A DNA stretch of 64,000 nucleotides from Macrostomum hystrix (lineage: Eukaryota > Animalia > Platyhelminthes). Shown one piece after another: positions 36,923 to 48,772 of the stretch. The notes under the pieces are model-generated. The model had not been told where the DNA came from. It saw nothing but the letters and a program-made list of their open reading frames with translations, and searched no databases. The stretch covers positions 19,592,001 to 19,656,000 of the forward strand of contig CATNEN010000039.1 of NCBI GenBank assembly GCA_950097015.1. The letters run 5' to 3'. The stretch's first letter is position 1. The number at the start of each line of letters is the position of its first letter. The translations under genes and the position numbers were made by a program.

Positions 36923-38006
36923 TTACAGGCTGCAGCTGCTGGCAAACTGCAGCAGGATGGTCAGGACAACTGAAGCTATCAGAAGGAACTGAGCACCAGA
37001 CACTTGATAGCCGGTGTTGCACAGGTCAGATTGGCAGCAGTAAAAAACACCCTTCATCTCCTTGCAATACGGAACGCCGGTAGGAATAACGCCTCTAGTG
37101 ACAACTGCACCAGAAAGCGCTTTCTGTTTGTTAAATTGTTAAAAAGTTTATTGTATTCATAGTTTATTACATCAAGAAGATTTAGGGTATAGAAATCCGT
37201 TGCAGACTCAAGCCTTGTGCTTGGCCTCCCAAAGATTCCAACTCAGGTTCTTTATTGAACGTGAGATTCTTTAGGACTGCAAAGCTACTGGACTGAGATT
37301 CTTCAGGACTGCAAAGCTACTGGACTGAGATTCTTCAGGACTGCAAAGCTACTGGACTGAGATTCTTCAGGACTGCAAAGCTACTGGACTGAGATTCTTA
37401 AGGACTGCAAAGCTACTGGACTGAGATTCTTCAGGACTGCAAAGCTACTGGACTGAGATTCTTAAGGACTGCAAAGCTACTGGACTGAGATTCTTCAGGA
37501 CTGCAAAGCTACTGGACTGAGATTCTTTAGGACTGCAAAGCTACTGGACTGAGATTCTTCAGGACTGCAAAGCTAGTGGACTGAGATTCTTAAGGACTGC
37601 AAAGCTACTGGACTGAGATTCTTCAGGACTGCAAAGCTACTGGACTGAGATTCTTAAGGACTGCAAAGCTACTGGACTGAGATTCTTCAGGACTGCAAAG
37701 CTACTGGGCTGAGATTTTGCTTTTGTCTACTGCATCACTTATTTTTAGGTTCGTGATAAATGACTCACAAAGCAGTATTCTCCCTCCAACTTTCTGATGT
37801 CATTATTCACAGTACTGCAGTCTATGCAGACATAGCACTTGACGGCGTTGGTTTCAGCGATGCAAACTAAAATGTTGAAATTCGCTGTGGCAAGCTTAAT
37901 TTATGAAAGCCGGATTTCTGAATTGAAAATAGAAAAAATGATGAGACCGTCTTGACTAACTTGCAGACAGTATTCCGATCCACAGAATTGAACGAAGTTT
38001 TAACAT
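36923..38006 (-). CDS. Ly6/uPAR (CD59/three-finger) GPI-anchored protein, paralog 2, 114 aa
   Basis: Exons 38006-37961, 37866-37769, 37123-36923: MLKLRSILWIGILSAICIAETNAVKCYVCIDCSTVNNDIRKLEGEYCF|KALSGAVVTRGVIPTGVPYCKEMKGVFYCCQSDLCNTGYQVSGAQFLLIASVVLTILLQFASSCSL. Part of a tandem duplication ~32900-34575 / 36690-38165. Confidence 0.88.
37262..37716. repeat. Intronic minisatellite, same 32 bp unit as in paralog 1
   Basis: About 14 copies in Ly6 paralog 2 intron 2. Confidence 0.95.
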
Positions 38007-39208
38007 TTTCTTGCTTCCAGTAAGTCTTGGAACGAGCTGTTGAAGAAATTTGCCTGTTAAACAGAACTTAGCGATGAATATTGCTTTGGCTTGATGCCAA
38101 ATTAAAGTAGAGAAACTGCAGCAAGTTATAAACACACTGAAAGTTATTAAGGAGAAACTTTAGTGCTGGATGAAGTGTTCAATGTGGCCCGGAAATGACG
38201 AACTGCAGATTGTCGCTAACTTTTATGTGCAGTGGTGTCCAATCGTCGTAAACAGGGTATGTTCAGCGAAAAAATATTTGGTAAATATTATTTCGCTGAA
38301 TTAATGCATTTGTTGGGCCATATCCTCCTAATTGCATTGTTGATTGACCACGCGTGCAAGGTTTCATTCCTGCACACTTATGCGTGCAGGATGTCATTCC
38401 TGCTTGAGCAGTAACACGTCAAAAGCTTTTCAGAAACAGTTTATTTAAAGGTTTTTTAAAACCAAATTGAAAAAGAAACAAACGCCATTACAGTGTGCCC
38501 ATGCACGCCAAGTTGAATTTCATTTTCCTTGATGTTTTCCCAGCATTGAAACTGAAAATGAATAAATGGATTTCATAAGAAAATATAGTCCAAACAATGA
38601 TGCATTCTTCTCATTACCGATTGCACTTTAGTTTCAGTTTCCCCTCAATTCATTTGTTTTTGTCGTGCCGTAACAGCAAGGCGAACTCTTGTTTTAAGAG
38701 ATAGCTCAGCTAAGAAAAATACAAACCTGACATGAGGGCCACTCTGTATTATTTTGAACAAGACTGGCGGCAACGTGCCGCCCACAACATTACGTGAATA
38801 TGGCGCAATCAACCAGAACAACATGCTGCATGTGGACGCTTCGAAGAACATGTACATTAGTTTAGCAGACAGAACCGCACAGCTACAGCAGATATAGTTA
38901 TAATGATTATGAGCATATAGTTAACTAGTCAAGCGGCTTGCCGCGTTCGGGCTGCCCAGGGTCTCGGGCTCGGGCTCGGCCGCTGTCTCCAACAAGTCCA
39001 ACAAGAGCCCTTTGAGCCCAAGAAATAGTAACATCTGCATATATTATTTGACTTGCCAGCTTAAAAATTCTACCCAGTAGAACACAATTTGTGACTAGGT
39101 TTAATGTTCACTATCACTGTGCTTGTAGGTTGGCCCTCTCGGGCGTAAATTGCACCGCTGCTCCCTAACAGATGCGGCCCCGCCGCGAAATCGAGCTCAG
39201 GGACTTTG

Positions 39209-41872
39209 TTGTTAAAACGAATTCCCCCGAAGGGGCGCGGGGCGCGGATCAGTTCCGAAGAACTCTGCCGCAGAGATATAAAATAAATTTAATCAAAATT
39301 TTATAAAATATGTACACGCAATTCGATTTAGATTATTTTGTACGAATTAAACATACGATTAAACATAAATAAAAAAATAAATAAATAAGTAAATAAACAA
39401 ATAATAAAATTTCTTAATAATAAAATAAATATTTAAAAAGCTAGCAGTTTGTGAATAAAGGGCAAAAATAACAAAAACCTTATATACTCGTAGGCAATAA
39501 AAGCATTTAGTCAGTTGAAAAATAGCATAAAATAGGGACTGGAATAACAGAGCAGCTGAGCACTGCTCATCAGCCCTCTTGAGCTCAGGCAGATATTAAA
39601 ATTTAATTTTAGTTTACTTTCATTCAGGGCCATGGGTCTCAGAGACTGCTCAGCCCTGGATTGGGAGCGGGTTCTGCCCATTGATTTGTCCCCGCCTCAG
39701 GGCAGCCCACAGGACATTGAGGATGGGAACTCGGCCCGGAGCTCGAGGCAGCTCCGGCTCGATGTGGAAGCCGTGCTCATCTTGAGCAGCCAGGCCACAC
39801 TGAGCCGCTTGACTCTAGCTGAGAGCATTGGCATGCCGGCCAGTTTGTGAAGGTATTCGGTGCTCAGGTGCTCAGAAAAGTAGGAAGGCACACCATAGCA
39901 GATGCGCAGAGCAAGGTTCTGGATCTTTTGCAGCTTGATCTGGTTGGGGACGCAGATCAGAGTCAAGATTGGGGCGCCGTAGGTGAGAGCGCTCTCACCG
40001 TAGGCCCTGTACAGCATCTTGAGAGTGACGCTGCTCAGTTTGGTGATCTTGGTGATGCGGCACAGGGACATGACAATGGCCCTGCACGTGTTCGCCATGT
40101 TTTCCACGTGTTTGTTCAAGCAGAGATTTGCGTCAACGAGGACACCTAGAAATTTCACTTCCTGACAGTAGGGGACCTCCGTCTGTCCCAGCTGCAATTT
40201 GGGTCGCAAGTCGGCGCGAGCTGTCGGCTTGTTGTTGAAGGCGACAGCCTTGCTCTTGTCGGCATTCAGTCTGATGCCTTGCTTGCCGCACCACTCCCAG
40301 ACTTGTCTGAGGTAGCTCTGGAGGCATGTCCGCAGACCAGCAAAGGTGTCATCGATGTCGGCCGGAATCGGATAGAAGGAGGAGAACTGGGCAACTTCGG
40401 CCACCTCCTGTTTGAGCTGGTCGCAAGTGGATGGGACTGGGCGCATCTTTGAGTCCAGAGTGGCCGCGAGAAGGTTCGCTTTCTCCAGATCAGTGTGCGC
40501 ACTGGTTTGACCCGAAGTGAGGGTTGGGATGGAGGTGGGCTTGAACTTGCCCATCAGCTTCCTGGTGTCATGCCAGAAGTTCTTGACCTTGCTGTTTTTG
40601 CTGTTCTCGACAACATTCTCCTGTTGGCCATTTGGTTGGCCAGCCTTTTGAAGTTTTCATCGTGCGTGCTGTTGAAGAGGCGTCTGAGTTTTCGGCGCTC
40701 TTTAATGAGCTCGAGGATGGGCTTGGGCAGAGCATTTCGGCCACCACAGTTTGTCACTGTCGACTCAATGACCGTGTGGATGGCCTTTGTGATGAGCTCG
40801 ACCTCAGCGTCAATTTGCTGAGCACTCAATAGGCGAGTCGGCTGGTCAGGAAGAAGGGCTTCATTGATCCCAGTTGGTTTTGGAAAAGTTTTTCGACTTC
40901 GCGGGACCTGCCCACTTTGCGGACTGAATGTTGAGGGTGAGGATGATTAGCAGGTGGTCGCTGTCCAGGCCAGGACCGACTGCAAAGTACTGCACAAAGG
41001 GCAGAAAGTCCTCCGTGGCCAGGCCGAGGTCCAAGACATTCCTGGAAATGGCGCCGTTCTTGGTGGCGATTCTGGTGAACTGGCCAACTTGATTGAGGAT
41101 GGTGGGCGAGGTCGGACCTTCAGAGAGCCAGTCGTACAGCTCATGGCCAGCCTTGTTGTTGCTGCTGTCACCGCCAAGGAAGCGGTGTCTGGCATTGAGG
41201 TCGCCAAGGAGAACACTGCGTCTGCGCGAGACCAGGCTCTTGAGCAGGTTCAGGTTCAGGTGGTAAGATGCCGGAGACCTGTACACTAGAGCCAGATTAA
41301 AGTCAGTACTGTAAGAGTTGTCAGACAGGCTGACGGTGCAGGAGATGGCTTCATGGTTCACGTTGTCGTAGTGCAAGCGAACATTGGTGAGTATGACGCG
41401 CGGTGAGTGAGCAAGGAGCAGTCCGCGTCTGACATGCGGAGTGTCGTACCGGATGATGGACTGATGATCCCAGATCCCGGATCTGGACCGTGTGCGAACT
41501 CTTGAGAATTGTTTCAGAGAAGAGAGCAGTGTCTATTGCTTGACTAATGACCCATTGGGTGAGTTCCTGCTTTTCGGGTGGAACCCTCTGCAGTTGAGGT
41601 GCATAATTTTCAGACCCGATGTGTGGGTAATAGGGTTACCATTTAATTTAAGGAATTTACAGTTTTCTGGTTTAGCTGCCTGGACCCACGACCCCGGTGG
41701 CGGTGGAGGCCATTCCAGACACGTCCTGGAGGACAGCCCGCACAATGTCCTCGACCATTTTACTGGTCGATTCCACTGTTAGGAGCTCACGTACCAGGCG
41801 GCCTAGACAGGGCCCGCACAATCACCTGGGTCAGAGAGCGGGTGATCAGGGGCAACATCATGCTCACTTAGG
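39209..41872 (-). mobile_element. 5'-truncated, frameshifted APE-type LINE lacking the RT catalytic core, with 16 bp TSD
   Basis: Endonuclease motifs LKIMHLNCRG, LVYRSP, LGDLNARH, VLDL, DSDH; C-terminal RT/thumb LQSYL..W....GIRLNADKS, VKFLGVLVD, LYRAY, LQKIQNLALR; A/T-rich 3' UTR with short CAA tail; TSD GAGCT(C/T)AGGGACTTTG at 39193-39208 and 41873-41888. Confidence 0.88.
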
Positions 41873-42210
41873 GAGCTTAGGGACTTTGGTGTGAGAGGAA
41901 AACTCATTAGACGCTCTGCCACTCACCACCCTGGTCACCACGTTACACACAGGGTCCCAAACGTTTGCTTGGAGTCCGGTGTGACGCCCAAGTACTTCGG
42001 GGCTTCAAAGCTAATTCTCCTTTTCTCCCTCCGTCCCTCCCGTGGAGTTTTTATTTGCTAGTATATATATATATATCCCTCGATTTATACCGGCAGGACG
42101 GATTTCTTGTACAGCTCTTAAGCAAGCCATACTGAAAGCTAGAAAATGTTTTTAAAATCTGTCTTTTCCGTCGGTCCATTCTGTTGGAAATTGAATTTAT
42201 TGAATAAGGC

Positions 42211-42800
42211 TGTTGAAGGGGTAGTAGCCTATATTGTTGTGTGGGGTGGGCTGGCTGGGCTGTTGGAGTGCGTGGTGGGTGTGGGGTGCAAGCCATTCGT
42301 GGTGCACTAGCTCAAGTGGCTGGGCGACCCTAGCCACTCGCGTGCTCTGATTGGTTCAGGCCCAGCTCGCACTCTGCTTGTCCCCAGTCCTGCACTCACG
42401 CGTGAGTTAACTGCAGGGGGTGGATCCGGCTGCGGTTTCTTCCCTCCCCCCGGTGCTAGCCATCGTTTCCCGTCCACTCCTCTGTCGCTATACAGTATTT
42501 AAAGCCTTGAAGAGTTGTGCTCGCCAACGCCCTGTGTCGTATCCGACACCTTTTAATAAATCGGAAGCTGAAGCCTCAGCGGAGCCAGGCTCATGCGGAA
42601 GTGCGAAACAATTTGTACACTTATCAGAGACGGCAATAAGAGTTGCATGTGCTGCCGCGGCGAGGCCAATTGAAGTCAGCCATTCGGTGTTAGAGTTTAG
42701 ACCAGCTCTGAAAAAGGGCGAAGGAGCCAAGTTTCACCGTCAGTGGAGAGGCCCAGCTCGCGTTATGGACAAGCTGTCTGATGTAGTTGTTCCGGATCCG
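42211..42800 (+). mobile_element. LTR-like copy followed by a Gypsy integrase C-terminal (GPY/F-like) relic
   Basis: Starts TGTTG; ATTGG 42350, TATTTAAA 42496, AATAAA 42555; then KKGEGAKFHRQWRGPARVMDKLSDVV at ~42711-42790. Confidence 0.6.
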
Positions 42801-44751
42801 TCATGGAGCTGAGAAGTGTCGAACAGTCTATTGCTAAAAATCTGCGGAGGATTCATTCGAGTGCAACGACGAATGAGCCCAAGCTCCGTGTCGGTAGAGG
42901 AGCGCGCCGAGGCTGGTGCTGGCGAGGGCTCAGACGGAGACAAGGAGGACGAGGTGTGGTGCGGAGTCCCAAATTCTGAGGGTCCATCCAACGCAATTAG
43001 GCCCGGAGCCAGAGCAGGCTGCAGCTGTGGGCCAACACTATGCTGCTGTATCGGGTCTGATGGTGCGACGCGGCGCCGGATTCCGGGACTCTGCGCCTAC
43101 CACGCCATCCTTGACGCGTCTGTGGACCCGGTCTGTACTTTTTGTCGCATGCTCCGCTTCTTCCTTTAGCAACAATTCAGATTTTATTTGAGGTCTATTT
43201 TCTAAGTATTAAGACAGACGGCAACTGTCTTGCAGAAACCACAGCTAGACAGCTTGTTAGTTTTAAATGAACCAATCTGGTAGAAGCTTCAAAATAGATT
43301 GTGTAGCTTTTTAGCTTTTTATGCGTACACTCTTGCTTAAACATTCGCACTAACAACATTAAATCTATGTCGTTTTTATAATCGATAGTCAAACATTTTA
43401 TGAGTGAATTCCAGTATTAAAACAAATTCATGCTCGTAAATTTTTCTTGGAACTGACTCGGCGTGATCCGAGCTAAAAGTACAGTGACATCAAGGTTTAA
43501 TGAGTAACATCAACAGTAGAAAAGAAAGAAAGGCTTGGTGCAGTGCTCTAGTATTAAAAATATTATAAATTGTAATAAAATACATCCTATTAAAATAATG
43601 AGTATTGTTTTTTACTTGACTTTAGTAAGCAGCTATTTTGTAATGTCAATAATCCAAAGTTGGCTTAGTTATGTTGTCAATTGGCTAGTCCTATTTTTCA
43701 TTATTTTGGCTTGAAATTAGACTTCCTTTAAATATACATTTACAATTTACAAGTACACTTACAGTGCTGCATGGCATTCCCATTTTATTATATTGTACTC
43801 CCGCAAGCTTTGCCTTTGCTATTGCTACTGTAAGTTGTAGGCCTACCATTGATGTTTTTTCAGAGGCATGTAAATTATATTTATGTGCCACTGACAGATA
43901 TTTTGCAATTGTACTTTTTTACTTATGTTAAGGCCTGTAACTGCTATTTATAAATAATTTATTTGTTGCAGTCTAAGAATGACAGTTATTATTTATATTT
44001 TTTGTGTAGGGCCTAGACAATTATATTTATGATATGTACATTCTCTTAGGCCTATATATAAATTAAATTACATCTGTCTTGTACTTATGTTAGGCCTAAT
44101 TCATAAATGTTTGTTTTTATTTATCTCGTATTCATAGTCCAGATCATGTAGTGCCCACAGGAATTTTCTAGTACACATTTAGCTTTGGTTGGTGTGTATG
44201 GCATGTATCAGTATATAAGGCCCCTACTTTAAAGAGTTGGCGTGCATGGTGTGCATCATGCATTTATGATAGATCAAATGCGCTGTTTTTTATTAATTAT
44301 ATTTAATAGTTTTAATTGTGTAAATAAATAGCAGTAAGCCTAGAAATTTACATTATCAATAATTACAAACTTTGCATGACTAAAACCAAATGTTCTGTCA
44401 GCATCATACATGCGCAACCTCCCAAATCTTAGCCGGCCGTGCGACTTAGTTTTTGCTCTCATTTGCTCTCTTTTTCTCTCCCCTTTTTCTTTTTCTTCAC
44501 GCCTTCCTTTTTTGTCCCTTGGTCCCCCCTTTAATTTTTTTTGTGCTTGGTCAATTGGTTTTTGCAACTTACCTTGCTTGGCCCTCTTTTCACCCAGCCA
44601 GTTCGACTGGGTTGGTCGGGTGTTGCGCATGTATGGTCAGCATTATAAACTTTATAAGCTTTATAAATTGGACTAGGGCCTATAAATACTTTTAAAAATT
44701 CATTGTTATATGCTCCATTTGAAAAATAATATTTTAATATTTGCAATAAGG

Positions 44752-45070
44752 GCTATGGGCAGTGGCATATCATTTGGTGACACAACCTGCAGCTAGCAAG
44801 GAGGCAATTCTGCCCATTTTGCTGACTCCTGAGCATATATGCACACTACTGTACGCAGGCATACACTCACATAGGTGTACATATCTGCCTTGACTTTCTT
44901 ATTTTTAGGGAGTGTATAATCTCTGTGCCTTGGAGGTTGGTCTTCAAGGGTACACAAGCCCCTAAGACTTCTCTCTGTGGCTACACCTCAAATGACCTTG
45001 TAGTGGAATTGAACTTGAAGACTTATGGTGCAGAAAGCAAATTTATGAACTGCTCTGCTACCAACCCCCT
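44752..45070 (-). mobile_element. SINE family A copy with near-complete CpG decay
   Basis: Aligns to the consensus with CG>TG/CA at almost every CpG (e.g. ctccgcggctgcgcc > ctctgtggctacacc). Confidence 0.85.
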
Positions 45071-45388
45071 ATATGTTCCATTGCTTTTATTTAAATACAG
45101 CATGCAAATAACTTTCTCCTTTTAATTGAAAAATATGCTATGTCTTTTACAAGCTACAAATGTCAGTTTTGTCCTGATGGACATGTTTCTGCAGGCCACA
45201 TTTTCAAACAGCTGCTTCAGTAATTTGTGGCACTACCTAAAACTATAGCCAGAAAAATGTTTAGAATTTTTTCTACATCCTTGCGAAAAAGCTTTTTCCC
45301 AATCATCTTTTTTAAATTTCATATTACTGTTTCATGGCTAAAAATAAAAGACATAGAAATAAAATTTCAGCATTTGCTAAAATCAGTC

Positions 45389-48300
45389 ATGGAAGATGCT
45401 GAGACAGAGCGAGTTCAAGTGTCATTTGTTACAAAAGATTCACAGTGAGTATCATTTGCTACTATCACTAATTTAATTTCATTTCCACCCAAAGCTGTTT
45501 AATATATTTTTAATTTCACTGTGCTTTGATTAACATTCTAGATTCTCAGTGAGCAGCTATCCTATCTATGTTCAGTTAGATAGTAGTCGAGGAGATTTAA
45601 GTGACATGGTGAAGAGCCTTCTAGCCTCAGATCATCATGGTAAGAAAATACAATTTTTATAATGTTCTAGAAATGTTTTCATTTCACAGTACGGGACTAC
45701 CAAGCCCTTTTGCCACCCGTTTTTATACCAAGGAATTCCCCCCCCAGAAAACTTTTTTTGGCAGCGCCCGAATGCCAACAGCGTTGGGTGGTGACTGATT
45801 GGTTGACAGACTAGGCGAGGGTGTCCTGTGGTTGAGCTGTGCCTAATATTTAGGTTGATCAGTGAAATTAGAGAAATTCGCGTCAGGGTGTCCATAGTGG
45901 CCTAGTTCCACCTGTTGTAGCCCTCGAAGGTCCTGCAGTTAATCAAGATAAAGGTAGGTGACCACCAAAGTCGAAGATGATGACATGCTGATAAATTTTG
46001 AAGGCCTGGCAAGGCCGCACTGAGGCGCAGTGCTAATTTCTCAGCCAGAACTGTTGAATATCTCGTCGGTCTGAAGTGCTGGCGAATCTATTCTTGTTTC
46101 AGAAGATGCTCAGCAAAAACTTAGTCCGTGTTCTTTTCTTGTGCTGGGGGGTGGGTAAATTTCCTTGGTTGTTCTACTGTTAGATGTTTTGTAATGGGTA
46201 AACGGCGGAAGCAAGTATGAATGGCGTCCCTACGAATATGCTTCGGAATTTAATTACGAGGGTAATTTCATGCTCGTAGTAATTAGTATGCTAGCAAGTA
46301 TTTTTTTCTCCGCAGGTTCCCAATCGAACGGGGACGCTATGCCGCCAGCCGAGTTCGAATTTCTTGTCCAAGATGAACTGCTCGTCGGCAGCCTGCGCCA
46401 GCTGATTCAAGATCGCGGCCTAGCCATGGACGCCGTCCTACGGGCAGAATATTTTCCTAGGCGCTCGGCGCCGGCGCCGCACGCCGAATTGGCGTTGGGC
46501 AATTTTGTTAGCTGCGTCAGGATTAACGGTCGGCGAATTCTGATTGGCTGCTATGATTGCAGCGTCGCTATTGGTGACATCGATGGAGGTTCGGAATTCG
46601 GCTTGAAACTGCCCGACGCGCACGAGAAGGAAGTGAAATCTGTCGACTGGTTAGCGGCTGCCGTCGATGCCAACGGCGACGGCGCCGGTGTTCGCGAGTT
46701 CGTTTCCGCCGGGCACGATCAAGACTGTCGCGTCTGGCGCTGGGATTTGGACGGCACGGCTAAATGCCTGGCCGTGTGCAAAGGCCACGCCTCCAGCGTA
46801 CTGTGCGTTGCCGGCAGCCCAGGGCCAGCTTACGGCCATTTCGCCTCCGGCTGCTACGAGGGCCGGGTGAAACTGTGGCGCGCCAGCGAGGAGGCTATGA
46901 CTGCTGAGACTGGTAATGCTTGCTTGAGCACAACTTACCTTAGTGCTGAACAGACAAATAATCACTGTCATTGAATATTGAGACTATGAGACAGTGAGAA
47001 CAGCTGTAAGACAGTGAGAACAGCTGTGAGACTGTGAGAACAGCTGTGAGACAGTGAGAATAGCTGAGACTGTGATAACAGCTGTGAGACAGTGAGAACA
47101 GCTGTGAGACAGTAAGAATAGCTGAGACTGTGAGACAGTGAGAACAGCTGTGAGACAGTGAGAATAGCTGAGACTGTGAGACAGTGAGAACAGCTGTGAG
47201 ACAGTGAGAATAGCTGAGACTGTGAGAACAGCTGTGAGACTGTGAGAACAGCTGTGAGACAGTTAGAATAGCTGAGACAGTGAGAACAGCTGTAAGACAG
47301 TGAGAACAGCTGTGAGCCTGTGAGAACAGCTGTAAGACAGTGAGAACAGCTGTGAGCCTGTGAGAACAGCTGTGAGACTGTGAGAACAGCTGTGAGACTG
47401 TGAGACTGTGAGAACAGCTGTGAGACTGTGAGAACAGCTGTGAGACTGTGAGAACAGCTGTAAGACAGTGAGAACAGCTGTGAGACAGTGAGAACAGCTG
47501 TAAGACAGTGAGAACAGCTGTGAGACAGTAAGAATACCTGAGACTGTGAGAACAGCTGTGAGACAGTTAGAATAGCTGTAAGACAGTGAGAACAGCTGTG
47601 AGACTGTGAGAACAGCTGTGAGACTGTGAGAACAGCCGTGAGACTGTGAGAACAGCTGTGAGACTGTGAGAACAGCTGTGAGACTGTGAGAACAGCTGTG
47701 AGACTGTGAGAACAGCTGTGAGACTGTGATAACAGCTGTGAGACTGTGAGAATAGCTGAGACTGTGAGAACAGCTGTGAGCCTTAAGCCATTTTATGGGG
47801 GGTGAGTGGCAGAGTGGTTAACGCGTTTGCCTCTTGCACCAAGGTCCCTGAGCTCGATTCCGCGGCGAGGCCACATTCATTTGGGGCGCAGCCGCGGAGA
47901 GAAGGCTTGGGGGCTTGTCGTGCGATTCCACGCCCTTGAGGGCCAACCTCCAATGCACAATGAGAGTCTTCACTGCCTGGCGATTTACAGTAAAAGTCAG
48001 GGCAGATGTACAGACCTGTATGAGCGTGTGCCTGTGTACAGTATCTGTGTGCGTGTGTGCCCAGGAGCGAAATGCGCAATGGGCAGACTCGCTGGTTCCG
48101 GGTCTAGTGTCACCAAATTTGACACACTGCGCCATTGCTCGCAGCCCTGCTGCAATTATTATTATTATCAAGCCATTTCACAGTTCGCCAGCCAATCTCG
48201 CAAACCCTTACCAACCAGGCGGCATCAGTCACCAGAGCAAGCACTCGGTGCCCAGTCGGGTGCCCCTGCGCACCCTGCCGGGCCATCGGGACGCCGTACA

Positions 48301-48772
48301 CACCGTAGCTTACGCCGGCTCCGCCCAATTGTTCTCCGGCGGCGCCGACTGCTGCATCCGACTGTGGGACGTCGAAGTCGGCGCCGAGTCGGTCCTACTC
48401 AGGGCGCCTAGCGCCGTGCTAAGCCTGCACAGCCGGCCAGACGGTCGGGCTCTCCTAGCCGGCTGCGCCGGGCCTCAGCCGCGACTGTACGATCCGAGGA
48501 GCTCCGGCGACAATCTGGTTGCCTGCTTCAACGCGCACGACAGCTGGGTGTCCGGCGTGCGCTGGTGCCCGAAGCCCGGCAGCCATCTGTTTGCCACCTC
48601 AGGCTACGAAGGCGTTGTCAAGCTGTGGGATCTGCGCTGCACCAAAGCGCCACTGTACGACCTCCGTGATCACGGCGGCATTGTCACCAGCGTCGACTGG
48701 GCCGAGACTGGTCACGTGGTGTCCGGCAGCGCTGACTGCACAGTCAAGATTTTCAAAGCTGATTTGATTTAA
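45389..48772 (+). CDS. WDR12: Ribosome biogenesis protein WDR12/Ytm1 (N-terminal UBL/NLE domain + WD40)
   Basis: Exons 45389-45444, 45542-45639, 46316-46912, ~48192-48772. VQVSFVTK, EFEFLVQDELL..SL, CKGHASSV, PRLYDPR, HDSWVSGVRW, KLWDLRCTKAPLYDL, SGSADC. AATAAA at ~48797. Confidence 0.9.
46980..47781. repeat. WDR12 intron 3 minisatellite, 20 bp unit GAGACTGTGAGAACAGCTGT
   Basis: About 40 copies with variants. Confidence 0.95.
47796..48169 (+). mobile_element. SINE family A copy with AAGCCATTT TSD
   Basis: AAGCCATTT at ~47785 and ~48170; tRNA head; TTA tail. Confidence 0.88.

Noticed and set aside
39550-39600. Hammerhead in the LINE 3' UTR (CTGATGAG on minus)
   Set aside because: The stem is followed by TGTT rather than the required GAAA.
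45970-46080. C/D box snoRNA in a WDR12 intron (ATGATGA...CTGA)
   Set aside because: No terminal stem and no rRNA-complementary guide that I could identify.
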